Assembly: GCF_000179635.2 (NCBI RefSeq) | Contig: NC_014833.1 | Span: forward strand, 2,400,001-2,432,000 | Origin: Ruminococcus albus 7 = DSM 20455 | Lineage (GTDB): Bacteria > Bacillota > Clostridia > Oscillospirales > Ruminococcaceae | Direction: 5' to 3' | DNA length: 32,000 nucleotides | Shown: in pieces, positions 8,880-17,201 of the stretch | How positions within the stretch are numbered: the first letter of the stretch is position 1 | How the letters are laid out: every line of letters starts with the position of its first letter | Position numbers and translations under genes: made by a program | Notes under the pieces: model-generated | Databases searched by the model: none | The model's input: the letters and a program-made list of their open reading frames with translations, nothing else | Told to the model about the DNA's origin: nothing

Positions 8880-9371
8880 TTACAAAGCATTCAGCTTTTT
8901 GCAGAATTCGTCTATCTTTTGTTCGTTAGCGGGGTCGGGCTTATCCTTAGGATCAACAAGATAAAGTTCAGCCTCAACATCTTCAATGCCGAGATATCCC
9001 TTCAATTTGAGGATAGTCTTATCGCCGCCGGCTGCAGTGAAACAAGTAACTGCAGCAAACCTTTTACCTTTGAGAGATGTAAGATTTTCCTCAATAAATG
9101 TACGCAGAGGAGGAGCGATAGTATTAGCCCATACGGGAGTTGCAAAAACAATAAGCTCGTAATCTTCGGCATTGAATGAATACGGCTGTAGTTTGGGTTT
9201 TTCACCCATAATAACACTTTTTCCTCCCCATATAAGCTTTTTGAAGCGAGTATCAGGATAAGCTTTCACAGGATGTATCGGAATAAGCTCCGCCCCAGTC
9301 TGATCCGCTATCTTTTTTACAGCATACTCAGTATTGCCGTTAAGGGAAAAATAAACGATCGCAGTTTTCAT
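8880..9371 (-). CDS. flavodoxin-family protein
   Basis: 163 aa. The N-terminus MKTAIVYFSLNGNTEYAVKKIA contains the flavodoxin phosphate-binding loop pattern. Size and alpha/beta pattern fit, and an AAAGGAG RBS lies upstream. Confidence 0.8.
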   Translation of the reverse strand: MKTAIVYFSLNGNTEYAVKKIADQTGAELIPIHPVKAYPDTRFKKLIWGGKSVIMGEKPKLQPYSFNAEDYELIVFATPVWANTIAPPLRTFIEENLTSLKGKRFAAVTCFTAAGGDKTILKLKGYLGIEDVEAELYLVDPKDKPDPANEQKIDEFCKKLNAL

Positions 9372-9489
9372 AAAACATACTCCTTTTCATAATATTTTTA
9401 TATTTCAGATATTAATACCTGATAACACAAAGGATCTTAAACGAAGACATACCATACCGGGTCAGTATGTATAGATATCTGTTACAGAC

Positions 9490-11757
9490 TTATTGACATG
9501 GCAACTCCTTGGTATTGTTACCGAAAAATCTGTCACACCAACTGTTCACTGCACTAAGCATACCGTCGATATCGAGTACGCCGTATGCAAATCCTTTGCG
9601 CACAAGTTCAGCAGGAAGATATTCGTCGTACTTTTCAAACATCGGGACTTCCTTGGGATATACGAGCTCCATAGGATCGATAGGACGTGATGCTTCTTCA
9701 CGAAGCGTGCTGAAAAAAGTATATTCGTCAGCAGCCATGGTAAACTGTATAAAATACGGTCTACAGCTGTCCAGACCGCGCATACGCAGTTTTTCCCTGC
9801 ATCTTACGTTCAGGAAGCGTTCAAGTGCAAAGAAAGAGTAAGTCCCCAGCCATGGGAAAAGAGCCCACATATCTCCGCCTAAATTTATAAGGTTTTCGCA
9901 GACTATACCTGAATTTCTTGCAGAATATCTTGCCTGGGCAAGTCTTGCGGCAGCGTTCTTCATAAGGTATGGATAGGACTTATCCTCACAAAGCACCTGC
10001 TTCATACGCATGAGTATCTTTGTATTGATATCACCCGGACAATCCCCGAAGTACGCGGGAACTTTACCCTTAACAGGCTCGCAAAATACAAGATGCCGCT
10101 TATGGTCAAGCTCAGTAACAATCCACACCTGACCTGCGATAGCGATCTTTTCACCCACAGGCGGAGGCATAACGAGAGTTCCAAGTTCCTGAGATTCACA
10201 CCTGACAGTATACTCTTCGTTCTCCTGAAAAACAGCAAAGAAACGAAAATTATTGACTACACGCTCACCAGCCAGACCAACTATCAGTCCACCCTCATCT
10301 GTTCGCTGGATATGGTCGATCTCAATAAGGTGGCGCAGAAGAATTTTATAGTCATCAGGCGATATACGATGAAAGTATTTGAGCGTTAGCACCCGCTGAG
10401 CAAGCTGCGCAGGAGTAAGCTCTCCGCATGATGCGAGGGTACTCATGGTCTGGTGATAGAGCAGGCTGAATGGCAGTCTGTCAAGTCTTGGGGGCTCGAC
10501 CCACCTTTCTTCAAGATAAACCTGTATCAACGCTATCCCCTGCAAAAGTTTCCACGGAACTGTAGATGGTAACATGGTGCGCGGATCAGGCATATCTTCA
10601 CGTATAACGAACCACATTTCAGGAGGAAGATCGCGTCTGCCTGTACGACCCATTCTCTGCAGAAATGATGATACAGTAAAGGGTGCATCTATCTGGAATG
10701 CACGTTCTAGTCTGCCGATATCTATGCCAAGTTCAAGTGTGGCTGTAGTGACAGTCGTCATAAAAACATCATCGTCTTTCATGGCAGCCTCGGCAGTTTC
10801 ACGGTAGCTGGTAGACAGATTTCCGTGATGGATGAGAAAACGGTCGCGCTCATGCTTGACTTCACAATATGAACGCAAAGTAGTGGTCACAGCTTCGCAT
10901 TCCTCACGGGAATTTACAAATACAAGGCACTTCTTACCGCGGGTGTGTTCAAAGACGTATCCGATACCGGGGTCGGCATTTTCGGGAGCTTTGTCCGTTG
11001 GCTGTTCAAGTACCGGCAGAGCTTTCTGCGCCTGCTTTCCATCCGCAGCCTGAACATTGCTGATATAGAAATGTTCCATAGAAAGCCGCCATTTAGTGCC
11101 CTTTGCTTCTATCTTCGGGACAGCTGTGCGCCTGCCTGTTCCGTATGAGAGGAACTCCCCCGCTGCCCGGGGATCACCTATAGTAGCTGAAAGTCCTATC
11201 CTGCGTGGATTTACACCTGCCTGTCTGCAAAGACGTTCGATGATACACAAAGTCTGTCCGCCTCTGTCACCGCGCATAAGCGAATGAAGTTCGTCAATAA
11301 CTATGAATCTAAGATCACCGAAAAGCTTAGTAAGCGCCGAATGACGACGTATCAGCATGGCTTCAAGGGATTCCGGAGTTATCTGAAGTATACCCGATGG
11401 GTTCTTCATCATACGTGCCTTGTGTGACTGTGAAACATCTCCGTGCCAGTGCCATACAGGTATGCCTGCGTCCTCACAAAGATCGTTAAGACGTGAAAAC
11501 TGATCGTTTATAAGAGCTTTCAGCGGACCGATATATATAGCTCCGACTGAGCGCGGCATATCCTCCGAAAACAATGTAAGTATAGGAAAGAACGCTGCTT
11601 CAGTCTTACCGGACGCGGTAGATGCTGTAAGCAGCAGATTATCATCGCTATTGAATATAACATCACCAGCTGCAGCCTGGATAGCACGAAGGCTTTCCCA
11701 GTTATTGCGGTATATAAAATCCTGCACGAATGGTGCATATCGGTCAAAAACGTTCAT
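9490..11757 (-). CDS. sngC: Lhr-like DEAD/DEAH-box helicase (Shango SngC-like / BrxHI-like)
   Basis: 755 aa. Motif I ASTASGKTEAA, motif II VIDELH, motif III LSAT. Helicase C-lobe motifs LELGIDIG and QRMGRTGRR are present. A ~330-aa C-terminal extension matches that of Lhr/DEAD_assoc helicases. Confidence 0.75.
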   Translation of the reverse strand: MNVFDRYAPFVQDFIYRNNWESLRAIQAAAGDVIFNSDDNLLLTASTASGKTEAAFFPILTLFSEDMPRSVGAIYIGPLKALINDQFSRLNDLCEDAGIPVWHWHGDVSQSHKARMMKNPSGILQITPESLEAMLIRRHSALTKLFGDLRFIVIDELHSLMRGDRGGQTLCIIERLCRQAGVNPRRIGLSATIGDPRAAGEFLSYGTGRRTAVPKIEAKGTKWRLSMEHFYISNVQAADGKQAQKALPVLEQPTDKAPENADPGIGYVFEHTRGKKCLVFVNSREECEAVTTTLRSYCEVKHERDRFLIHHGNLSTSYRETAEAAMKDDDVFMTTVTTATLELGIDIGRLERAFQIDAPFTVSSFLQRMGRTGRRDLPPEMWFVIREDMPDPRTMLPSTVPWKLLQGIALIQVYLEERWVEPPRLDRLPFSLLYHQTMSTLASCGELTPAQLAQRVLTLKYFHRISPDDYKILLRHLIEIDHIQRTDEGGLIVGLAGERVVNNFRFFAVFQENEEYTVRCESQELGTLVMPPPVGEKIAIAGQVWIVTELDHKRHLVFCEPVKGKVPAYFGDCPGDINTKILMRMKQVLCEDKSYPYLMKNAAARLAQARYSARNSGIVCENLINLGGDMWALFPWLGTYSFFALERFLNVRCREKLRMRGLDSCRPYFIQFTMAADEYTFFSTLREEASRPIDPMELVYPKEVPMFEKYDEYLPAELVRKGFAYGVLDIDGMLSAVNSWCDRFFGNNTKELPCQ

Positions 11758-11926
11758 TATATGCCCTTTCCTTTAGAAGCTGTACTTTTAGTTTTCTGCG
11801 GAATCTTCTGCGCTGACGGACCTTCTCCCTGTGCCAGACCTTGTTATGGTTATTGCACCAGCAAGCAAAATGGCGGTCAAAGCCGTTTTCCTCGGTCATG
11901 TGTTTGTGGATATTACCTTTTCCCAT
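11744..11926 (-). CDS. small basic Cys/His-rich ORF between the ATPase and helicase genes (hypothetical)
   Basis: 60 aa: MGKGNIHKHMTEENGFDRHFACWCNNHNKVWHREKVRQRRRFRRKLK.... It fills the otherwise empty 190-nt gap. A weak AGGG RBS lies 6 nt upstream. Its stop overlaps the helicase ATG by 14 nt, which is a translational-coupling geometry. No family recognised. Confidence 0.3.
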   Translation of the reverse strand: MGKGNIHKHMTEENGFDRHFACWCNNHNKVWHREKVRQRRRFRRKLKVQLLKERAYNERF

Positions 11927-11949
11927 GTTTTACCCTGCTTTTATCACAC

Positions 11950-13266
11950 CTATATCTCAAACTCCGCAAAATCACTTTCGGAAGTTTCTTCCTCTGCGGC
12001 AGGTTTTGAATACTCCATACCGCCAGATGATATGAAATCTGATATCTCGAGTACAGGATTCTGATATGCTATATCCAGCAGTTCAACGAAATCGCGTATC
12101 ACCTCTCGCGGAGTTATGTGGCTGTCAGCGCCGATACGCCCGAATTCCGTCTTGATGAAAACTATCATATCTTCCTGCGTGATGCGCTGTTCATACCCGA
12201 AAAGCTGAGCGTGTATATCGGCTAATTTTTCGGTCAGCACAAGCATTTCTTCATAAGTCAGCGGAACAAGATGTATGACAGGCGCAAGCATATCGCGTAT
12301 GCCCTCACGTCCGAAGCGACCTTCTGCAAGACGCGAACGAAGTGCTTCATAGCTGTACACACCGCGGCGGGTATCCTCGATGCACTGAGGAGTGCCGCCC
12401 ATAATGATACCCAGATACTTGGCTTTGCCCTGTAAAGTATCGTTATACATTGTTAGTATCTTTTCATAGTTGTACTGGCGGGTTATTGCATTAGGTATCT
12501 TGTAGATATTAACCAGTTCGTCCACAAGCACAAGTAATCCGCTGTAACCTGCCATTTTCAGGAACATGGCAAAAAGTTTTATATATTCATACCAGTCATC
12601 ATCGGTGATAACGATATTAACGCCGAGTTCGCTTCTGGCTTCCGTCTTGTTTACATACTCGCCCCTGAACCATTTTACAACTTTCGCTTTCTGTTCATCA
12701 TCACCCGATACAGATGCACGATAGTATATCGTTAAAAGCTTTGCAAAATCGAAGCCATGTACAAGTTCGTTAAGGGCATTTATTACCTCGAATATCTTCT
12801 TTTCAACAGCAGAAGAAAACTCGGGAGTGGATACATCGAGTCCGCTTTCTGAAGCCGCCTGCGCCTGTACACCACTTATCCACCTGTCGAGTATGAGAGT
12901 GAGAGCACCGCCGTCAGGGCGCGTCTTTGTGGACATATTACGGATAAGTTCCTTATATGTTGCAAGACCCTGACCCTTAGTACCCTGCAGACGTCTTTCC
13001 GGGGAAAGATCGGCATCCACCACAACGAAATTCCTGTCCATGACATGGCTGCGTATCGTCTGCAAAAGAAAACTCTTACCGCTGCCGTATTTGCCGACTA
13101 TGAACCTGAATGAAGCACCTCCGTCTTCGATTATATCAACATCGTGAAGCAAAGCGTCAATCTCGACCTCTCTTCCCACGGTGATATAAGGCAGACCTAT
13201 TCTTGGCACAACTCCGCCTTTAAGGGAATTGATGACAGCCTGCGCTATCCTCTTGGGTATCTTCAT
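11950..13266 (-). CDS. sngB: DUF2791/BrxD-like P-loop ATPase (Shango SngB-like)
   Basis: 438 aa. The N-terminal pattern AVINSLKGGVVPRIGLPYITVGREVEIDALLHDV...FRFIVGKYGSGKSFLL (Walker A) and Walker B LLVLVDEL match the BREX ATP-binding (BrxD) family. Its ATG overlaps the upstream stop (ATGA). Confidence 0.75.
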   Translation of the reverse strand: MKIPKRIAQAVINSLKGGVVPRIGLPYITVGREVEIDALLHDVDIIEDGGASFRFIVGKYGSGKSFLLQTIRSHVMDRNFVVVDADLSPERRLQGTKGQGLATYKELIRNMSTKTRPDGGALTLILDRWISGVQAQAASESGLDVSTPEFSSAVEKKIFEVINALNELVHGFDFAKLLTIYYRASVSGDDEQKAKVVKWFRGEYVNKTEARSELGVNIVITDDDWYEYIKLFAMFLKMAGYSGLLVLVDELVNIYKIPNAITRQYNYEKILTMYNDTLQGKAKYLGIIMGGTPQCIEDTRRGVYSYEALRSRLAEGRFGREGIRDMLAPVIHLVPLTYEEMLVLTEKLADIHAQLFGYEQRITQEDMIVFIKTEFGRIGADSHITPREVIRDFVELLDIAYQNPVLEISDFISSGGMEYSKPAAEEETSESDFAEFEI

Positions 13267-14786
13267 GGAAGTATCATTCCTTTCAATTCTTCTTCATAAT
13301 CTTCTATTATCACAGGGGTATCGCCGTCAAACTCAATGACCGTATCAGCAAAAATATCGTAAAGTTTTTCATTTATACTGTCCGCCATAACAGAGGGCAT
13401 AGAACCTACACTTCTAGCAGCCGCCTGATGATCACCGCCGTAAAGCAGTACCTGCATGAATGAATACTCGCCGCTGTCGAGTGGAGTGGTATTTTTCTGA
13501 ACATTCTCTTCGGGAACATCTTCCTGCATATCAGGCTGAGGGATTATATCGTCTTCAAGATCTTCTTCATCGACGATAAGCTTATCCCTCGTGATATCAG
13601 CGGCGCGGCGGATACTTCCGAGCTTAGAAAGGTCGATATCCACACGAAGTTTCTCCGCCTGTCTTTTCTCATCTTGAAGTATGGTCATCTGTTCGTTTAT
13701 AATCTTTGAAAGCTGCTTTGTGATATCGGGAGTCTGCAGCTTGCTTTTGAAATCAAATCCGTTTCGCATTATGCTGTCAACAGCGCGTAAAAAGTCGCCC
13801 ACCTGCTTGTTGCCGTGTGGCTTGCCCGAATATCCCTCTGTGAACCATTCACCGCCTCTGTAAAAACATCTGCGCACATCGTCTATGACCACACAGGTAT
13901 TTGGTGATGATCGGAAATGACAGAACACGGCTGATGAGAACATCTGATGTACTGTTATGACACTGTTACCGAAATACTTCTCGAACAGTGTCTTTTTACG
14001 GTGAGAACCGTAATACTCGGAAAAAGCTTTAAAACTGCGTACTGCCACGGTACGAAAGTCTTCGGGGTAAGCCTTGTAAAAAGCGGACCTTTCAGCATTA
14101 TACGAGGACACGTTGTTAAGGGCTGTAAAGACTTCATCCACAGAATGATCATCTGCATCACGAATGACCTCAAGTGCATTATCAAATTCAAGAATATCTC
14201 CATTTTTCAGTAAAGTGATATCAAGCCCGTAATAAACTACCATATCATCAAGCCATATTGAAAGGAATCTTTTCAATTTTGGCTGGGAATCACCATACTC
14301 ATCGAGCAGGGCTTTCAACCTGTCATAACCCTCCTGCGGAGTTTTGACACCGATGAGATTTAAAAGTTCATAAGCATATACAAAAATATAGGAAAGGCTT
14401 ATTTCCTTGTATTCACCACGCCTTGCACAAGTTCTCCAGGAAAAATAAGTTCTCTGCTGAGGAAGTGTCATATCATTATAGGTGGGAAAATAGTGTTCAA
14501 AGGGAACATCTTTCTCGAAATCGTCCTCAAAGTATGCCATGAAACTGCCCTGTTTGCCGAAAAGCCATTCTCTTGAGCGCCACTGTGCTTCGGGAGAATA
14601 GACCATTCTGCGCATCTCCATAAGCTGAGCGGGAGTATTATCTTTAGGGGGTACAATATCACGTACAAGCTGTGAAGCGCGTTTGAGTATAGGTTCATCA
14701 CGGTAGACTTTTTCTCCGAGTGTTTTGCTCTCACGTATCTTCGGGTCACCCATTATCAATTCGATAAGATCATCGATATTCTTCAC
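13263..14786 (-). CDS. sngA: TerB-N / TerB-C domain protein (Shango SngA-like)
   Basis: 507 aa. The TerB_N-type signature is FPTYNDMTLPQQRTYFSWRTCARRGEYKEISLSYIFVYAYELLNLIG. An acidic linker follows. The TerB_C-type tail is LDSGEYSFMQVLLYGG...MADSINEKLYDIFADTVIEFDGD. GTG start at 14786 with GGAGGTGG 4 nt upstream. Confidence 0.7.
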   Translation of the reverse strand: MKNIDDLIELIMGDPKIRESKTLGEKVYRDEPILKRASQLVRDIVPPKDNTPAQLMEMRRMVYSPEAQWRSREWLFGKQGSFMAYFEDDFEKDVPFEHYFPTYNDMTLPQQRTYFSWRTCARRGEYKEISLSYIFVYAYELLNLIGVKTPQEGYDRLKALLDEYGDSQPKLKRFLSIWLDDMVVYYGLDITLLKNGDILEFDNALEVIRDADDHSVDEVFTALNNVSSYNAERSAFYKAYPEDFRTVAVRSFKAFSEYYGSHRKKTLFEKYFGNSVITVHQMFSSAVFCHFRSSPNTCVVIDDVRRCFYRGGEWFTEGYSGKPHGNKQVGDFLRAVDSIMRNGFDFKSKLQTPDITKQLSKIINEQMTILQDEKRQAEKLRVDIDLSKLGSIRRAADITRDKLIVDEEDLEDDIIPQPDMQEDVPEENVQKNTTPLDSGEYSFMQVLLYGGDHQAAARSVGSMPSVMADSINEKLYDIFADTVIEFDGDTPVIIEDYEEELKGMILP

Positions 14787-14822
14787 GCGCCCACCTCCAA
14801 CCGAAAATCAAGTTATTATTTT

Positions 14823-14851
14823 ATTATAACACAAACCGCTTTCAAATTCAA
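14823..14851 (-). promoter_or_regulatory. SigA-type promoter of the TerB/ATPase/helicase operon
   Basis: Read on the minus strand: TTGAAT (14851-14846), 17-nt spacer, TGtTATAAT (-10 at 14828-14823). It lies ~36 nt upstream of the GTG start. Confidence 0.65.
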
Positions 14852-14877
14852 GTGCGGGCTGTACGTTTCCACGGAAA

Positions 14878-15385
14878 TCAATTTTCAAAAATCACCCTCG
14901 AAATCATCTGCGGCTCCATAAGACATTCAAACATAAGTTTGGATATGGCAGCTTTAGAATTGTTCCGATTTTTAAAGTTCTTGATTAAATTTATCGCAGC
15001 TTTTCTGAACATATTCAGGCATTGCTGAACGTCCTTGCTCTCGACTCTGCACCAGTCCTCTTCAAAATGCACATCAAGCAGCCAGTGCATAGACTCTACC
15101 GACCATTCCATTCTCGCATGATGCAAAAGCTGTTCAGCCGTTAATTCCCGGCTCGACAGATAATAGTGCCATTCACTTGTTCTGCCTTTTTTCGTCGTAG
15201 ATTCGCTGTGTATAGCTCCTATGCACTTCAAGCCTTTCCATTCTTTTTTCTGCTCCAGCCAACCAATATCTGTTGTTACAAACGCTGTCCGTGTTTCGAT
15301 CCTGCCATGATTTTTTTCGGTCTTTGAGACCGTCTGCATTGTACTCCTAAGGTGATCGTCCTGCACAAAATCCTCAATATCTTTT
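14878..15385 (-). pseudogene. ISAs1-family transposase, C-terminal fragment
   Basis: The fragment EDFVQDDHLRS...HGRIETRTAF...MEWSVESMHWLLDVHFEEDW carries the DDE glutamate region typical of ISAs1/H-repeat transposases. The first 12 residues of the listed ORF (TTG start at 15411) are encoded by the IR of the inserted IS1595 element and the duplicated target site, so they are artefactual. Confidence 0.85.
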
Positions 15386-16405
15386 ATGGTTATCCCTTTA
15401 ACACACCACAAGTAAGATCACTGCACCAAAGCAGCCAAAAGCCTTAAATACGCACTGTTTCCCAGCTTACGACGGTTGAATTTGTAGCAGTATTCGGCAG
15501 CATATAACGCTGTGTGGATCTTTTCGTTTCCGTGGTAAGTTCCCATGATCATTGCTTTGAAGTTTGATATAACTTTATGCATCCAGTTCAGCTGACCGCT
15601 TGTCGGATCATATGTTTCAAAAACATGGAAGTATTTCTGTGCCAACGGTTTCTTGTAACTTCGAGCATTATCACTCTCGATCTTCGAGCCTGCGCGGATA
15701 TTATCCCTGGCAAATCTACCAACAGTTATACCCTTTAAATTCGGCACATCGCTCATTTTAACGTACTCGGGATTTCCTGCTGCGTTCTTTGACAAAGCTA
15801 CTATCATCTTGACTTTTTCAGTTCCTCTGCCACGCTTTTTACCGTGAGTCGGAGCACCGAGATACGTGTCATCAAGTTCAACGATCCCGTCAAGCAAATA
15901 GCGTTCTTCACGGCATTTCATAGCTTTTCTGATGCGATGAAGGATGTACCATGCAGTCTTGTAGGTCACCCCCAAAGACCTCATCAGCGTAACAGCAGAA
16001 ACGCTGCATTTGTTGCTCATAATGAGGAATGCGGTGACTATCCACAGTCTGAGCGGAATATGTGTTCTGTGCATAAAAGTTCCGTTGTGGCGGATATATC
16101 TGCTTTACAGAACTTGCATCGCAGCAGATGGCGTGACCTTATCCTGCGGTACTCAGAGCCACCGCAAAACGGGCAGGCAAAACCCTTTTCAAAGCGGATA
16201 TCAAGCAGAAAATCCTTGCAAAAGCTTTCATCTGCGAACTTTGAGTATATCCCATCAAGTGTGATCTCAGGTTTCGGAAATCTTTTTGACATAGCGACAG
16301 CTCCCTTCGGTTTCTGTCACTATTATACTATATTTTCTGAGTTTTGAGGTCTGTTTATTTGGACAGCATTGTAAATTATCTGTGGTGTGTTAAAGGGATA
16401 ACCAT
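15386..16405 (-). mobile_element. IS1595-family insertion sequence nested inside the ISAs1 transposase gene
   Basis: 25-bp perfect terminal inverted repeats: ATGGTTATCCCTTTAACACACCACA at 15386-15410 and its reverse complement at 16381-16405. The element is 1020 bp. 9-bp direct repeats ATATCTTTT lie at 15377-15385 and 16407-16415, with one extra G at 16406. Excising the element and one repeat restores the host frame ...PNLKKDIEDFVQDD.... Confidence 0.85.
15418..16292 (-). pseudogene. IS1595-family transposase, split over two overlapping frames
   Basis: The N-terminal zinc-ribbon is CPFCGGSEYRRIRSRHLLRCKFCKADISATT (16038..16292). The ISXO2-like DDE part is GTFMHRTHIPLRLW...VELDDTYLG... (15418..16074). 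The conserved S.T.GT.F junction needs a -1 shift near 16075-16090. Confidence 0.75.
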
Positions 16406-17026
16406 GATATCTTTTTTCAGATTAGGGTGATTATCTTTAACGCAAAGCAAATAATCCGCCTTCTGTTTTATGATGATCCCGGCAGTCTCTTTCTGGCAGT
16501 TTAGGGCATCTGCAACAACGATTTTTCCCTTGATCTTCAATTCTTTCAGAAGCTCCTGCACCGCAGTTATTTCATTGCTTTTGTCGTCCGTACAACGCTG
16601 AGCGAGAGTCAATCCAAGCTCACATATCTGGGCGCTGATAATGTGCAAAGGGCTTTCGATCTTGTCCATTTTGAGTGTTGAGCAAACAGTTTTTCCGTCA
16701 AGAGAAATTGTCATATCTCTCGATTTTTCGGGCATAAATGAATAGACCCAATCCGCAAAACAGCGGTTGAGAGACTCAGGCTTGACGTATTTAAGCAGGC
16801 TCAATATCCAGTAATAGCAAGGGACATGACCGATTCCGAATTTTTCCTTCAAAAATTCGCTTACTCTGTCATTTGCCGCCCACTGGTGTATCTGATGAAC
16901 ATTTCGCAGTTCACAGATACTGCCAAGGATCGCTATTGTGATGATATCGGGAACGCTGCAAAAATAACCGTCATATTCCTCATAAAGTTCAACATCCTCA
17001 AAATACTCGGTTATTCCATTATCCAT
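16406..17026 (-). pseudogene. ISAs1-family transposase, N-terminal fragment
   Basis: It starts at the ATG at 17026 (MDNGITEYFEDV...). It contains DIITIAILGSICELRNVHQIHQW, ISLDGKTV and VVADALNCQKE (DDE aspartates). The listed ORF extends upstream to 17215, but that part crosses the IS terminal repeat. With the C-terminal fragment it rebuilds a ~372-aa transposase. Confidence 0.85.
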
Positions 17027-17201
17027 GCTTATATTATAGCACCCAGTTGCCGCTATGTCCAGTATTTTGTACACTTTGTAATTGGATTGTGACTTTTGAG
17101 AGTGGTTGTTTTGAAAATTGATTTCCGTGTACGTTTCAACGGACAGCAAAGATTTTTTACATGAAACATCAAAAAAATTTCCGAAAAATCCCGATAAATA
17201 C

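Larger units (their letters stand above)
14870..17129 (-). mobile_element. ISAs1-family insertion sequence (composite 2260 bp because it carries a nested IS)
   Basis: 21-bp perfect terminal inverted repeats: CACGGAAATCAATTTTCAAAA at 14870-14890 and its reverse complement at 17109-17129. 8-bp direct repeats TACGTTTC flank it at 14862-14869 and 17130-17137. Removing the nested element leaves ~1231 bp, a normal ISAs1-family size. Confidence 0.85.

Noticed and set aside
9441-9475. Weak hairpin (ACATAC / GTATGT) after the helicase gene, considered as a terminator.
   Set aside because: The stem is only 6 bp with a 12-nt loop and no clear U-tract on the minus strand. It is not convincing.
15386-15411. 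TTG start and first residues (MWCVKGIT) of the 14878..15411 ORF.
   Set aside because: These codons are encoded by the terminal repeat of the inserted IS1595 element. They are an artefact of the insertion, not a real start.
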